A DNA stretch of 64,000 nucleotides from an uncultured Actinomycetes bacterium. Lineage in GTDB: Bacteria; Actinomycetota; Actinomycetes; Streptosporangiales; Streptosporangiaceae. A program made the position numbers and the translations under genes. The notes under the pieces are model-generated. The model saw only the letters and a list, made by a program, of their open reading frames with translations, had not been told where the DNA came from and searched no databases. The stretch covers positions 169,230 through 233,229 of the forward strand of contig CAWIJO010000014.1 in the NCBI GenBank assembly GCA_963836355.1, written 5' to 3'. Of this stretch, positions 25,548 through 33,957 are shown piece by piece. How positions within the stretch are numbered: position 1 is the first letter of the stretch; every line of letters starts with the position of its first letter.

Positions 25548-27578
25548 TCAGGTCCAGAGTGAATCGAGGGCCGCGTCGACGGTCGCGGCGAGCGCGGCGA
25601 CTCGCGGCATCACGGGCACGGCAGGCGCTGCATCGGTGACCTCGCACTGGGCGAGTGCCGCGGCGTCCAGGAACCGCGTCAGCGGCGCGTAACTATGCCG
25701 GTCGTCTCTGGCCATCCGGTGGTGATGCAGCCGTAGCGGCGCATACAGGTACAGCTGGTCGCGGGCCCGGGTAACCGCTACGTAGAACAGCCGCCGCTCC
25801 TCGGCCAGCCCGGCCGGCGTGCCGAGCGCCATGTCGCTCGGCACCGCTCCGTCCACCAGTTGCGGCAGGTGCACAACCGGCCACTCAAGCCCCTTGGCGG
25901 AATGCACAGTGGAGATGACCAGGTAGTCGTCATCGAGCCGCGGTGGGCCGGCCAGGTCACCGGCGGACGCGGGCGGGTCGAGCGCGATCTCGACCAGCGC
26001 CTCGTGCAGCGACGGCCTGGTAGCCGCAGCGTCAGCCAGCCGCTCCAGGTCGGCGATGCGCGCCGGGGCATCGCGATAGCGGGCCCGGACCGGATCGAGG
26101 ATGGCCGCGAGCACGGCGCCGGCCCGGTCCGCGGTCCGCTCCAGCTCCGCGGCCGCGGCCAGCCCGGCGATCGTCGCTGCCACCGCCGGCCTGGATCGCT
26201 GCGGCATCGCCGCCAGGGCCTCGGGCCAGCGGCGCAGCGGCGCCGGTTCCGCCAGCCGGAGGCCGTCGATCATGCGTCGCGCATGCACCGGCCCGATGCC
26301 CTCATGCAGGCGGAGCAGCCGGAACCAGGCGAGGTCGTCGGCCGGGTTGGCCACTACCCGGGCCGCCGCCAGGAAGTCCTTGACGTGCGCTGCCTCGGTA
26401 AATTTCAGCCCGCCGTACTTCACGAAGGGGATGCCGCGGGCCGACAGCTCGATTTCCAGCACATCGCTGTGGTGCGCGGCCCGGACGAGCACCGCCTGCT
26501 GGCGCAGGTCAAGTCCCGACTCGTGCGCGGCCAGCACCCGGGAGCAGATTTCGCGTGCCTGGGTTGCCTCGTCATGGCAGCGCACCAGCAGTGGGGCCGG
26601 CCCGTCGCCACGGTCCGCGGTGAGTGCCAGCTCAAGGCCGTCGGACTGCGGCCGGACCACGTTCGCCAGCCGCAGCACCGTCGCCTTGGAGCGATAATTC
26701 CTGGTCAGCCGGATCACGTCGAGATCGGCGTAGGTACCGGCCAGGGCACGCAGGTGCGCCGGGTCGGCGCCGCGGAACCCGTATACCGCCTGGGCGTCGT
26801 CGCCGACGCAGGTCAGGCCGCGCCCGTCCGGCGCGAGCAGCCGCACGATGTCCGCCTGCACCGCGTTGACATCCTGGTACTCGTCCACCAGGACCGCGTC
26901 GAACAGGCCGCGGAGGGCTGGCCCCGCCGCCGGATCGGCCAGCGCTGCCTGCCACAGCAGCAGCAGGTCATCGAAGTCAACGAGGCCATGGCGGCGCTTG
27001 TGCGCCACATAGTCGCGGAACAACCCGGCGAGCTGGGCCGTGAAATCGGCGCACCAGGGGAAGGTGCCTCGCACTACATCGGCAACCACCGTGTGGGTGT
27101 TCACGCAGCGGGTGTAGATGTCCGCGCAGACGGCGGCTCGCGGGGCCCGCCGCCTGGTGGCCACCAGATCATGATCTGCGCGCAGCGTGTCCAGCACGTC
27201 CGTGACGTCGGCCGGATCGATCACGCTGAACTGCGGCGGCAGAGAGAACGACTCGGCGTGCTCGCGGATGATCCGGTGCGCGATGGCATGGAACGTGCCG
27301 CCGCAAATCCGCTCGTCTGCCGTCACTGCGGTCGGCGCGACGCGGGCAAGTATGTCATCGGCGGCACGGCGGGTAAACGTCAGCAGCAGTATCCGGCCGG
27401 CTCGCACACCCTGGGACCGCAGCCAGGCAGCCCGGGCAACCAGCGTCCCGGTCTTGCCGGTGCCGGCACCGGCCAGCACGAGCAACGGGCCGTCCGGGTG
27501 CGTCGCGGCGCGGCGCTGCTCGTCGTTCAGTTTTTCGAGCCAGCCGGCCGCTTCGAACATGGACACGAATGTAGCCAT
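25548..27578 (-). CDS. UvrD/PcrA/Rep-family ATP-dependent DNA helicase
   Basis: 676 aa. 'LNDEQRRAA', Walker A 'AGAGTGKTGTL', 'VLVDEYQD', 'GDDAQAVYGFRGA', 'TVHSAKGLEW', 'LFYVAVTRAR'. Confidence 0.9.
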   Translation of the reverse strand: MATFVSMFEAAGWLEKLNDEQRRAATHPDGPLLVLAGAGTGKTGTLVARAAWLRSQGVRAGRILLLTFTRRAADDILARVAPTAVTADERICGGTFHAIAHRIIREHAESFSLPPQFSVIDPADVTDVLDTLRADHDLVATRRRAPRAAVCADIYTRCVNTHTVVADVVRGTFPWCADFTAQLAGLFRDYVAHKRRHGLVDFDDLLLLWQAALADPAAGPALRGLFDAVLVDEYQDVNAVQADIVRLLAPDGRGLTCVGDDAQAVYGFRGADPAHLRALAGTYADLDVIRLTRNYRSKATVLRLANVVRPQSDGLELALTADRGDGPAPLLVRCHDEATQAREICSRVLAAHESGLDLRQQAVLVRAAHHSDVLEIELSARGIPFVKYGGLKFTEAAHVKDFLAAARVVANPADDLAWFRLLRLHEGIGPVHARRMIDGLRLAEPAPLRRWPEALAAMPQRSRPAVAATIAGLAAAAELERTADRAGAVLAAILDPVRARYRDAPARIADLERLADAAATRPSLHEALVEIALDPPASAGDLAGPPRLDDDYLVISTVHSAKGLEWPVVHLPQLVDGAVPSDMALGTPAGLAEERRLFYVAVTRARDQLYLYAPLRLHHHRMARDDRHSYAPLTRFLDAAALAQCEVTDAAPAVPVMPRVAALAATVDAALDSLWT

Positions 27579-27725
27579 GCCAGGCGAAGCCGGCCAGTTC
27601 CCCCGCCGTAGCCGCGCCGCCGGAGCCGATACCTGTCCCGAATGGGACCCGCCATGGCACCTGCGGGCTGGTCTCCCGCCCGGAGATCGACGGCTGGGTG
27701 CCGCGGCATCCGTGTGCCGCAGTGC

Positions 27726-27767
27726 CCGCTCAGTCCTGTCCGCTCAGTCCTGTCCGCTCAGTCCTCG
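27726..27767. repeat. 14-nt tandem repeat x3 at the 3' end of the sigma-factor gene
   Basis: ccgctcagtcctgt at 27726 and 27740, and ccgctcagtcctcg at 27754. The third unit contains the sigma gene stop. Confidence 0.9.
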
Positions 27768-28762
27768 AGGCGCGGCGGCAGCCCGAAGGCGGCGAAGATC
27801 TCGGGGTACAGGAAGTTGTGGATCGCGGTGACCCGGCCGGCCGCTGTCTCGATTACCTGCAGCGCGAACGGCTCATGCAGGCCGGGGCCGGCCGGACGAT
27901 AGCTGCCGAATGCCGCGCACCCGTTGGCTGTGGTAGCCAACAGCCGGGAGCCGCGGCAGCCGAGGCCCTGGCCAAGGAGCCAGTTGGCCACCTCGGCCGG
28001 GCCGCGCAGCCACATCGGGTGCGGCGGCATGGAGAACGTGGCGTCCTCGTGCAGCAGGGACACGAAGGCGGAGATGTCGTAGCGCTCGAACGCGTCCACG
28101 TAGCGGGCCAGCAGTTCCCGCTGCCCCGCGTCCAGGGCGTCCCGCTCGCCGTCTTCGATGCTGACGCCCGCCGTGCTGAGCGTCGCCCGGGCGCGCTGCA
28201 GCGCGCTGTTGACCGAGACGACCGTCGTGTCGAGCAACTCGGCCACCTCGCTGGCCTGCCAGCGCAGCACCTCGCGCAGGATCAGGATCGCCCGCTGGCG
28301 GGGCGGCAGGTGCTGCAGCGCCGCCACGAAGGCAAGCCGGATCGAGTCGCGGTATGCCGCCACCTCACCCGGGTCCCCGGCGCTAGGCCCGGCCGCCGCG
28401 TCGGGAATCGGCAGGATCCAGGCAGTCTCCGGCAGCGCATCGGGTATCACCGCTGCCGCCGTCGACGACGGTCCCAGGTCCATCGGCCTGGCCCGGCGCT
28501 GCGGCCCGTGAATCATGTCGAGGCACGCGTTGGTCGCGATGCGGTAGAGCCACGACCGCAGGGACGCCCGGCCCTCGAAGCTTCCGATGGCCCGCCAGGC
28601 CCGCACCATCGTCTCCTGCACGGCGTCCTCGGCCTCGAATCCAGAGCCGAGCATCCGGTAGCAGTAGCCGGTGAGCTCCCGGCGGTACGTCTCAAGCTCG
28701 TACTCGAGGTCGACCGTCTGGGGACCGGCATCGGTGGCATCTCGATAAGTAGTCACTGGCAT
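27758..28762 (-). CDS. ECF-type sigma-70 factor with C-terminal NTF2/SnoaL-like domain (SigJ/SigG-like)
   Basis: 'YRRELTGYCYRMLGSGFEAEDAVQETMVRAWRAIGSFEGRASLRSWLYRIATNACLD' (region 2), 'LREVLRWQASEVAELLDTTVVSVNSALQRAR' (region 4), then a ~150-aa extension. Start near 28762/28756 (AAGGTGG SD). Confidence 0.85.
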   Translation of the reverse strand: MPVTTYRDATDAGPQTVDLEYELETYRRELTGYCYRMLGSGFEAEDAVQETMVRAWRAIGSFEGRASLRSWLYRIATNACLDMIHGPQRRARPMDLGPSSTAAAVIPDALPETAWILPIPDAAAGPSAGDPGEVAAYRDSIRLAFVAALQHLPPRQRAILILREVLRWQASEVAELLDTTVVSVNSALQRARATLSTAGVSIEDGERDALDAGQRELLARYVDAFERYDISAFVSLLHEDATFSMPPHPMWLRGPAEVANWLLGQGLGCRGSRLLATTANGCAAFGSYRPAGPGLHEPFALQVIETAAGRVTAIHNFLYPEIFAAFGLPPRLED

Positions 28763-28870
28763 CCACCTTACTGGGCTGGTCGGACAATCGGGTTTGAGCG
28801 ATTGGCCGCGCATCATTGCTCCTCAGCTGGCTGAGCCATTCGCAGCTACCACGGGCGGCGGGCAGCAAAC

Positions 28871-29779
28871 CTAGGTCTGGGTCGGGTCGATGAACACATG
28901 CGGCTGGATGGACATCCGGTCGCGAAGCCGCTGGTCGATGTCCCCGGAGATGTCCTCGGCCCGGTCGGCGCTGATGTCATCGCTGAAGGCCACCCGGGCA
29001 GCGACTATTACGCTCTCCGGCCCCAGGTGCATCGTGCGCAGCTCGACGACACCGTCAATGCCGGGCGTGGACCGGATCTCTGCCGCGATCATCCGCTGCT
29101 CGTCCGGGTCAATCGCCTGGCCGATCAGGCCGTTCCTGCTTTCCTTGCCGAGCCGGTAGGCCACCGCGATGAGCAGCAGCCCGATGGCTATCGATGCGCC
29201 GCCGTCCCAGACGGCCGAGCCGGTGATGGCCTCAAGGCCGAGGCCAGCCGCGGCCAGCACCAGCCCGGCCAGGGCCGCGGCGTCCTCGAACAGCGCAGCC
29301 TTGACCGTCGTGTCGGGACTGCGGCGGATGTGATCGAACAACTGCCGCCGCTGCTGCCTGGCCTCCCCGCTCAGCTGGTGCGTCGCCCGAGTCAGTGACG
29401 TTCCCTCGGCCACGAAGGAAACGGCCAGCACGATATAGGAGATCACGATGCTGCCAGATTGCTCACCCCTGGTGATCGCGAGCACGCCATCGAAGATCGA
29501 GAAACCGGCCCCGGCGACGAAGATGCCGACAGCGGCGAGCAGCGACCAGAAGTAACGTTCCTGGCCGTAGCCGAACGGATGCTCCGCATCGGGCGGGCGC
29601 GAGCCGGTCCTAAGCGAGGCCAGCAGGAAGACCTGGTTCACCGTGTCGGCGACCGAGTGGGCCGATTCGGCCAGCATCGCGCTGGATCCGCTGATCAGCC
29701 CGGCGGCCAGCTTAGCCAGGGCGATAACCAGGTTGGCCAGGCCAGCGGTCAGCACCGTGCGCAGGGTGGACTTGTTCAC
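28871..29779 (-). CDS. cation diffusion facilitator (CDF) family transporter
   Basis: 302 aa. 'GSSAMLAESAHSVADTVNQVFLL', six TM segments, C-terminal cytoplasmic domain. Confidence 0.85.
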   Translation of the reverse strand: MNKSTLRTVLTAGLANLVIALAKLAAGLISGSSAMLAESAHSVADTVNQVFLLASLRTGSRPPDAEHPFGYGQERYFWSLLAAVGIFVAGAGFSIFDGVLAITRGEQSGSIVISYIVLAVSFVAEGTSLTRATHQLSGEARQQRRQLFDHIRRSPDTTVKAALFEDAAALAGLVLAAAGLGLEAITGSAVWDGGASIAIGLLLIAVAYRLGKESRNGLIGQAIDPDEQRMIAAEIRSTPGIDGVVELRTMHLGPESVIVAARVAFSDDISADRAEDISGDIDQRLRDRMSIQPHVFIDPTQT

Positions 29780-29908
29780 GGCCGCGTCCTGCCCGCTCGC
29801 ATCCAGCGGGGCGGCTGAGCAGAAGAATGCACAGCAGACAGGTTGACCCAGAACCGCATCGCAAACATCCGGCCGGGTTTGCCAGCTGGCACCGGCGTGG
29901 GCCAGGGC

Positions 29909-30036
29909 CGGCCAGGCTGGCGCTACCGGGCTTCCCCGGCCGGCCAGGCTGGCGCTACCGGGCTTCCCCGGCCGGCCAGGCTGGCGCTACCGGGCTTCCC
30001 CGGCCGGCCAGGCTGGCGCTACCGGGCTTCCCCGGC
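29909..30036. repeat. 32-nt tandem repeat x4, each unit carrying the palindrome GCCAGGCTGGC
   Basis: cggccaggctggcgctaccgggcttccccggc at 29909, 29941, 29973 and 30005, all perfect. The fourth copy contains the stop of the lipid-kinase gene. Confidence 0.95.
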
Positions 30037-30936
30037 CGACCCGGCGCCACCTGGCGTCCCGGCCGGCCCGCGCAGCAACAGCTGGCCTTTCTGCACGGTG
30101 ATCACCAGCTGCCGGGTTCGGCCGACGACATCGCCGTCGAGTTCCCATGGCTGCGGGCGGTCGAGGTCGATGCGCAGTTCGCGGAAGGTGACGCGGGTCA
30201 CCCGCTGCGTCGCGCCCCGCCGGAGCAGGACGTGCGCGGCGAGCGCCAGCCAGGTGGCCCAGCCCCGCGCGGTCAGCACCACGGCATCCAGCAGCCCGTC
30301 GTCTGGCACCGCATCGGGCAGCAGCGGTATGCCGCCCTGCAGCCAGCCGACATTGCCGGCGATGACGCCGCTGGCCCGGCGCCGCAGCAGCGGCCCGCCG
30401 TCGGCCCGCAGCCGCACCCGCATCGGCCGGTCGCGCAGGTGCTGCAGTGCGGATATGGCGTAGGCAGCCCAGCCGAGCCGCTTCTTGAGCTGCTCGCTGG
30501 CACCGGCCAGCATCTTCGCGTCCAGGCCGACGCCCGCCATGACCACGAACGGCCTGCCGTTGGCGTTGCCGACATCGAGCCGCCGGTCCGCGCCGGTGAG
30601 CGCGACCTCGAGCGCCTCGTCGCGGTCGAGCGGGAACTCGAGGTTGCGGGCCAGCAGGTTGCCGGTTCCGATCGGCAGGATCGCGAGCGGAATCCCGCTG
30701 CCGGCCAGCCCTTCCGCGCAGGCGGTGACAGTGCCGTCGCCGCCGCAGGCGAGCAGCAGGTCAACCTGCTCCCGCACGGCTGTTCCGGCCATCCCCTGGC
30801 CCGGATCAGCTGCTGTGGTGTCAAGCCACAGGGGCTCGCTCCAGCCATGCTCGGACATCGCCCCGCGGACCGCGGTCCTGAATTCCTCCGGGTCGCCGCA
30901 TTTAGTGGGATTAGCCACAACTGCCGCGCGGTTCAT
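30019..30936 (-). CDS. diacylglycerol-kinase-family lipid kinase (YegS/LCB5-like)
   Basis: Start at MNRAAVVANPTK (30936). 'LLLACGGDGTVTACAEGLAGSGIPLAILPIGTGNLLARNL' catalytic-domain signature. Confidence 0.85.
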   Translation of the reverse strand: MNRAAVVANPTKCGDPEEFRTAVRGAMSEHGWSEPLWLDTTAADPGQGMAGTAVREQVDLLLACGGDGTVTACAEGLAGSGIPLAILPIGTGNLLARNLEFPLDRDEALEVALTGADRRLDVGNANGRPFVVMAGVGLDAKMLAGASEQLKKRLGWAAYAISALQHLRDRPMRVRLRADGGPLLRRRASGVIAGNVGWLQGGIPLLPDAVPDDGLLDAVVLTARGWATWLALAAHVLLRRGATQRVTRVTFRELRIDLDRPQPWELDGDVVGRTRQLVITVQKGQLLLRGPAGTPGGAGSAGEAR

Positions 30937-31142
30937 CGGCACCCGGCTGACAGCATGCCGGGAGCATACCGGCCGCATGACGCTATCCGGCGGCCGCCGG
31001 GGACGAGCGCCGACGCTAGGGCAGCTGCCTGGCTTGCCGCGTTTTATATACGATCTTGTGTTTCCATGCCCATAACGGGTACCACGCTGGCGGGCCGGCC
31101 GTGCCGGGCCCGGCACGCCCTTCTCTCCTGGAGCATCGCACC

Positions 31143-33899
31143 ATGCCCGCCACGCCGAGGCAGCGCCGCCAGCGGGCGGCGACCTACCGTGTCCAGCTGC
31201 ACGCCGGCTTCACCTTCGACGATGCCGCGGCCATCGTCGGGTATCTCGCCGACCTCGGCATTAGCCACCTGTACTGCTCGCCGTACCTGCAGGCCGCGCC
31301 GGGCAGCATGCACGGATACGACGTGGTCGATCACAGCCGGCTGAACGCAGAGCTCGGCGGCGGCGCGGCGCACGGCCGGCTGACCAGGCAGCTGGCCGAA
31401 GCGGGCCTCGGCCAGGTGCTCGACATCGTGCCCAACCACATGGCACTCGCCGGGCGGGCCAACGCCTGGTGGTGGGACGTGCTGGAGAACGGCCCGTCGA
31501 GCACCTATGCCCGCTTTTTCGACATCGACTGGGATCCGCCGGAGTCCAAGCTGACCGCCACCGTCTTGATGCCGGTTCTCGGCGGCCAGTACGGCCGGGT
31601 GCTGGAGGCTGGCCAGCTGACGGTAGAGCGCAAGGGCGGATCCTTCACCGTCCGCTATTACGAGCATGAGGCCCCGTTGTCGCCGCGCACGCTGGACGGC
31701 CTGCTGGCCCGGGCGGCGGCGCAGGCCGGCTCCAGCCAGCTGGCTAATCTCGCTGCCGCCTTCGGCCGGCTGCCGCTGGCCACCCGCACTGACGCCGCCG
31801 CGGTGGCCGAGCGGCACCGCGACAAAGAACTGCTGCGTGTCAGGCTGACCGCGCTCTGCGAGGCGCTGCCGGCCGCGGCCGCGGCGATCGACGCCGAGAT
31901 CGGGGCATTGAACCGCGACCCGGATGCCCTGGACGAGCTGCTCCGGCAGCAGAACTACCGGCTCGCGTACTGGCGCACGGCCGCCGAGGAGCTGTCTTAC
32001 CGGCGGTTCTTCGATATCCAGACGCTGGTCGGCCTGCGCGTGGAGGACGACACCGTCTTCACCCGGACGCACCGCCTCATCCTCGGGCTGGTGGCCGACG
32101 GGACAGCCGACGGGCTGCGAGTCGACCACGTGGACGGGCTCGCCGATCCCGAGGGCTACCTGGAACGGCTGCGTGCTGCCACCGGAGGCGCGTACGTGGT
32201 AGCTGAGAAGATCCTCGCGGCGGGCGAGGAACTGCCGGAGTCGTGGCCAGCCGCCGGGACGACCGGCTACGACTTCCTGAACCAGGTCGGCCGGCTCTTC
32301 ATCGACCCGGCCAATGAGGCCGCCGTCAAGGCGGCCTACGTGCGCTTCACCGCGGAGGACGTGGCCTACGCCGAGGTCGTGCGCACGGCCAAGCTGCAGA
32401 TCATGCACGATGACCTCGCCGCCGAGCTGGAGCGCCTCACCGGCCTGCTCGCCGACGTCTGCGAGGAGCACCGGCGGCACCGCGACCACACCCGCCGGGA
32501 TCTGCGCGACGCGCTGCGCGAGGTGATTGCCGCGTTCGGCGTATACCGGATTTACCCCCGGCCGGCCCGGCCTGGATCACCCGGGCAGCCCGGGCAGCCC
32601 GGGCAGCCGGTAAGTCCGGCCGGCCGGGCACACGTGGCCGCCGCGGTAGCCACAGTCCGCCGCCGCAGGCCGGACATCGACGACGAACTGATCGGGTTCA
32701 TCGGCGAGCTGCTGACCGGCGACAGTCGCGGCCCGGCAGAGAGCGAGTTCGCGGTCCGGTTCGGCCAGCTGAGCGCGCCGGTCATGGCCAAGGGCGTGGA
32801 GGACACCGCGTTCTACCGCTACCAGCCGCTGGTCTCGCTCAACGAGGTGGGCGGCGATCCCGGCCTGGCCGACCGCTGGCTGGCCGAGGGCGGCATGACC
32901 GAGGGCATGTGCGCAGGTGGCGATCCGGTGGCCGCCTTCCACCGGGCGATGGCGCACACGGCGCGGCACTGGCCGGAGACCATGCTGACCCTGTCCACGC
33001 ACGACACCAAGCGAAGCGGCGACGTCCGGGCGCGGATCAGCGTGCTCGCCGAGCTGCCCGCGGCATGGGAACGTGCCGTCGCCCGCTGGGCGAACCACAA
33101 CAGGCGGCACAAGCATGGCCGCTGGCCGGACCGGAACGCCGAGTACCTGCTCTACCAGACGCTGGTCGGCGCGTGGCCGATCGACCCGGCGCGGGCCGGC
33201 GCCTTCATGGCCAAGGCGGCCAGGGAGGCCAAGGTGCATACCTCCTGGACCGAGCCGCAGCCGGACTACGACGAGGCGCTTGCCGCGTTCGTCGCCGCGG
33301 TCCTGGCCGACGCCGGGTTCATTGCCGAACTTGCGGCGTTCCTGGCCGAGCACCGCATCATCAAGGCCGGCCGGGTCAGCTCGCTGGCGCAGACCGCGCT
33401 GCTGCTGACCTGCCCCGGCATTCCCGACCTGTACCAGGGCACCGAGGTGTGGGACCTGTCGCTGGTGGACCCGGACAACCGTCGGCCGGTCGACTTCACG
33501 GCGCGCAGCCGGCTGCTCGCCGCCCTCGACAGCGCGAGCCCTGAAGCAGCGCTTGACCGGGCCGACGAGGGCGGGCCCAAGCTCTGGCTGATTCACCGCG
33601 TGCTGCGGCACCGGCGCCGCCAGCCCGGTGCGTACGGCCAGGCCTCTGCATACCGGCCGCTGCGCGTCGCGGGGGGCAAGGCGGGGTACGTGGTGGCCTT
33701 CGCGCGCACCGGCGGGCTGGCCGTTGTGGTGCCCCGCCAGGTCACCGGCCTGGCGGACGGCTGGGCCGATACGGCAGTGGCGATCCCGGACGGCAGCTGG
33801 ATGGACGTGCTGACCGGCGCCTGGGTCCGCGGCGGCGAGGTTGGCATGGCCGACCTGCTCCGCCGCTTCCCGGTCGCCGTGCTGGCGAGCGAACGATGA
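31143..33899 (+). CDS. treY: malto-oligosyltrehalose synthase
   Basis: Start at MPATPRQRR..ATYRVQLHAGFTFDDAAAIVGYLADLGISHLYCSPYLQA..GSMHGYDV. 'DGLRVDHVDGLADP', 'LSTHDTKRSGDVRARI'. Carries a 9-nt repeat insert (PGQ x3, about 32578-32605). Confidence 0.92.
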   Translation: MPATPRQRRQRAATYRVQLHAGFTFDDAAAIVGYLADLGISHLYCSPYLQAAPGSMHGYDVVDHSRLNAELGGGAAHGRLTRQLAEAGLGQVLDIVPNHMALAGRANAWWWDVLENGPSSTYARFFDIDWDPPESKLTATVLMPVLGGQYGRVLEAGQLTVERKGGSFTVRYYEHEAPLSPRTLDGLLARAAAQAGSSQLANLAAAFGRLPLATRTDAAAVAERHRDKELLRVRLTALCEALPAAAAAIDAEIGALNRDPDALDELLRQQNYRLAYWRTAAEELSYRRFFDIQTLVGLRVEDDTVFTRTHRLILGLVADGTADGLRVDHVDGLADPEGYLERLRAATGGAYVVAEKILAAGEELPESWPAAGTTGYDFLNQVGRLFIDPANEAAVKAAYVRFTAEDVAYAEVVRTAKLQIMHDDLAAELERLTGLLADVCEEHRRHRDHTRRDLRDALREVIAAFGVYRIYPRPARPGSPGQPGQPGQPVSPAGRAHVAAAVATVRRRRPDIDDELIGFIGELLTGDSRGPAESEFAVRFGQLSAPVMAKGVEDTAFYRYQPLVSLNEVGGDPGLADRWLAEGGMTEGMCAGGDPVAAFHRAMAHTARHWPETMLTLSTHDTKRSGDVRARISVLAELPAAWERAVARWANHNRRHKHGRWPDRNAEYLLYQTLVGAWPIDPARAGAFMAKAAREAKVHTSWTEPQPDYDEALAAFVAAVLADAGFIAELAAFLAEHRIIKAGRVSSLAQTALLLTCPGIPDLYQGTEVWDLSLVDPDNRRPVDFTARSRLLAALDSASPEAALDRADEGGPKLWLIHRVLRHRRRQPGAYGQASAYRPLRVAGGKAGYVVAFARTGGLAVVVPRQVTGLADGWADTAVAIPDGSWMDVLTGAWVRGGEVGMADLLRRFPVAVLASER

Positions 33900-33957
33900 C
33901 CGCCGGGGACGCCGGCGCCGGGACCGCCGCGGACGGCGGCCGGCCCGGGGAGGTTTG

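Noticed and set aside
25860-27611. 583-aa plus-strand ORF
   Set aside because: It is antisense to the UvrD-like helicase, which has all helicase motifs in order.
29909-30036. 32-nt direct repeats considered as a CRISPR array
   Set aside because: The units are contiguous with no spacers, there are only four copies, and no cas genes lie nearby. It is a tandem repeat, not a CRISPR.
29827-31344. 505-aa plus-strand ORF across the 32-nt repeat and lipid-kinase region
   Set aside because: It is antisense to the DAG-kinase-like gene and reads through the tandem repeat. No protein-like features.
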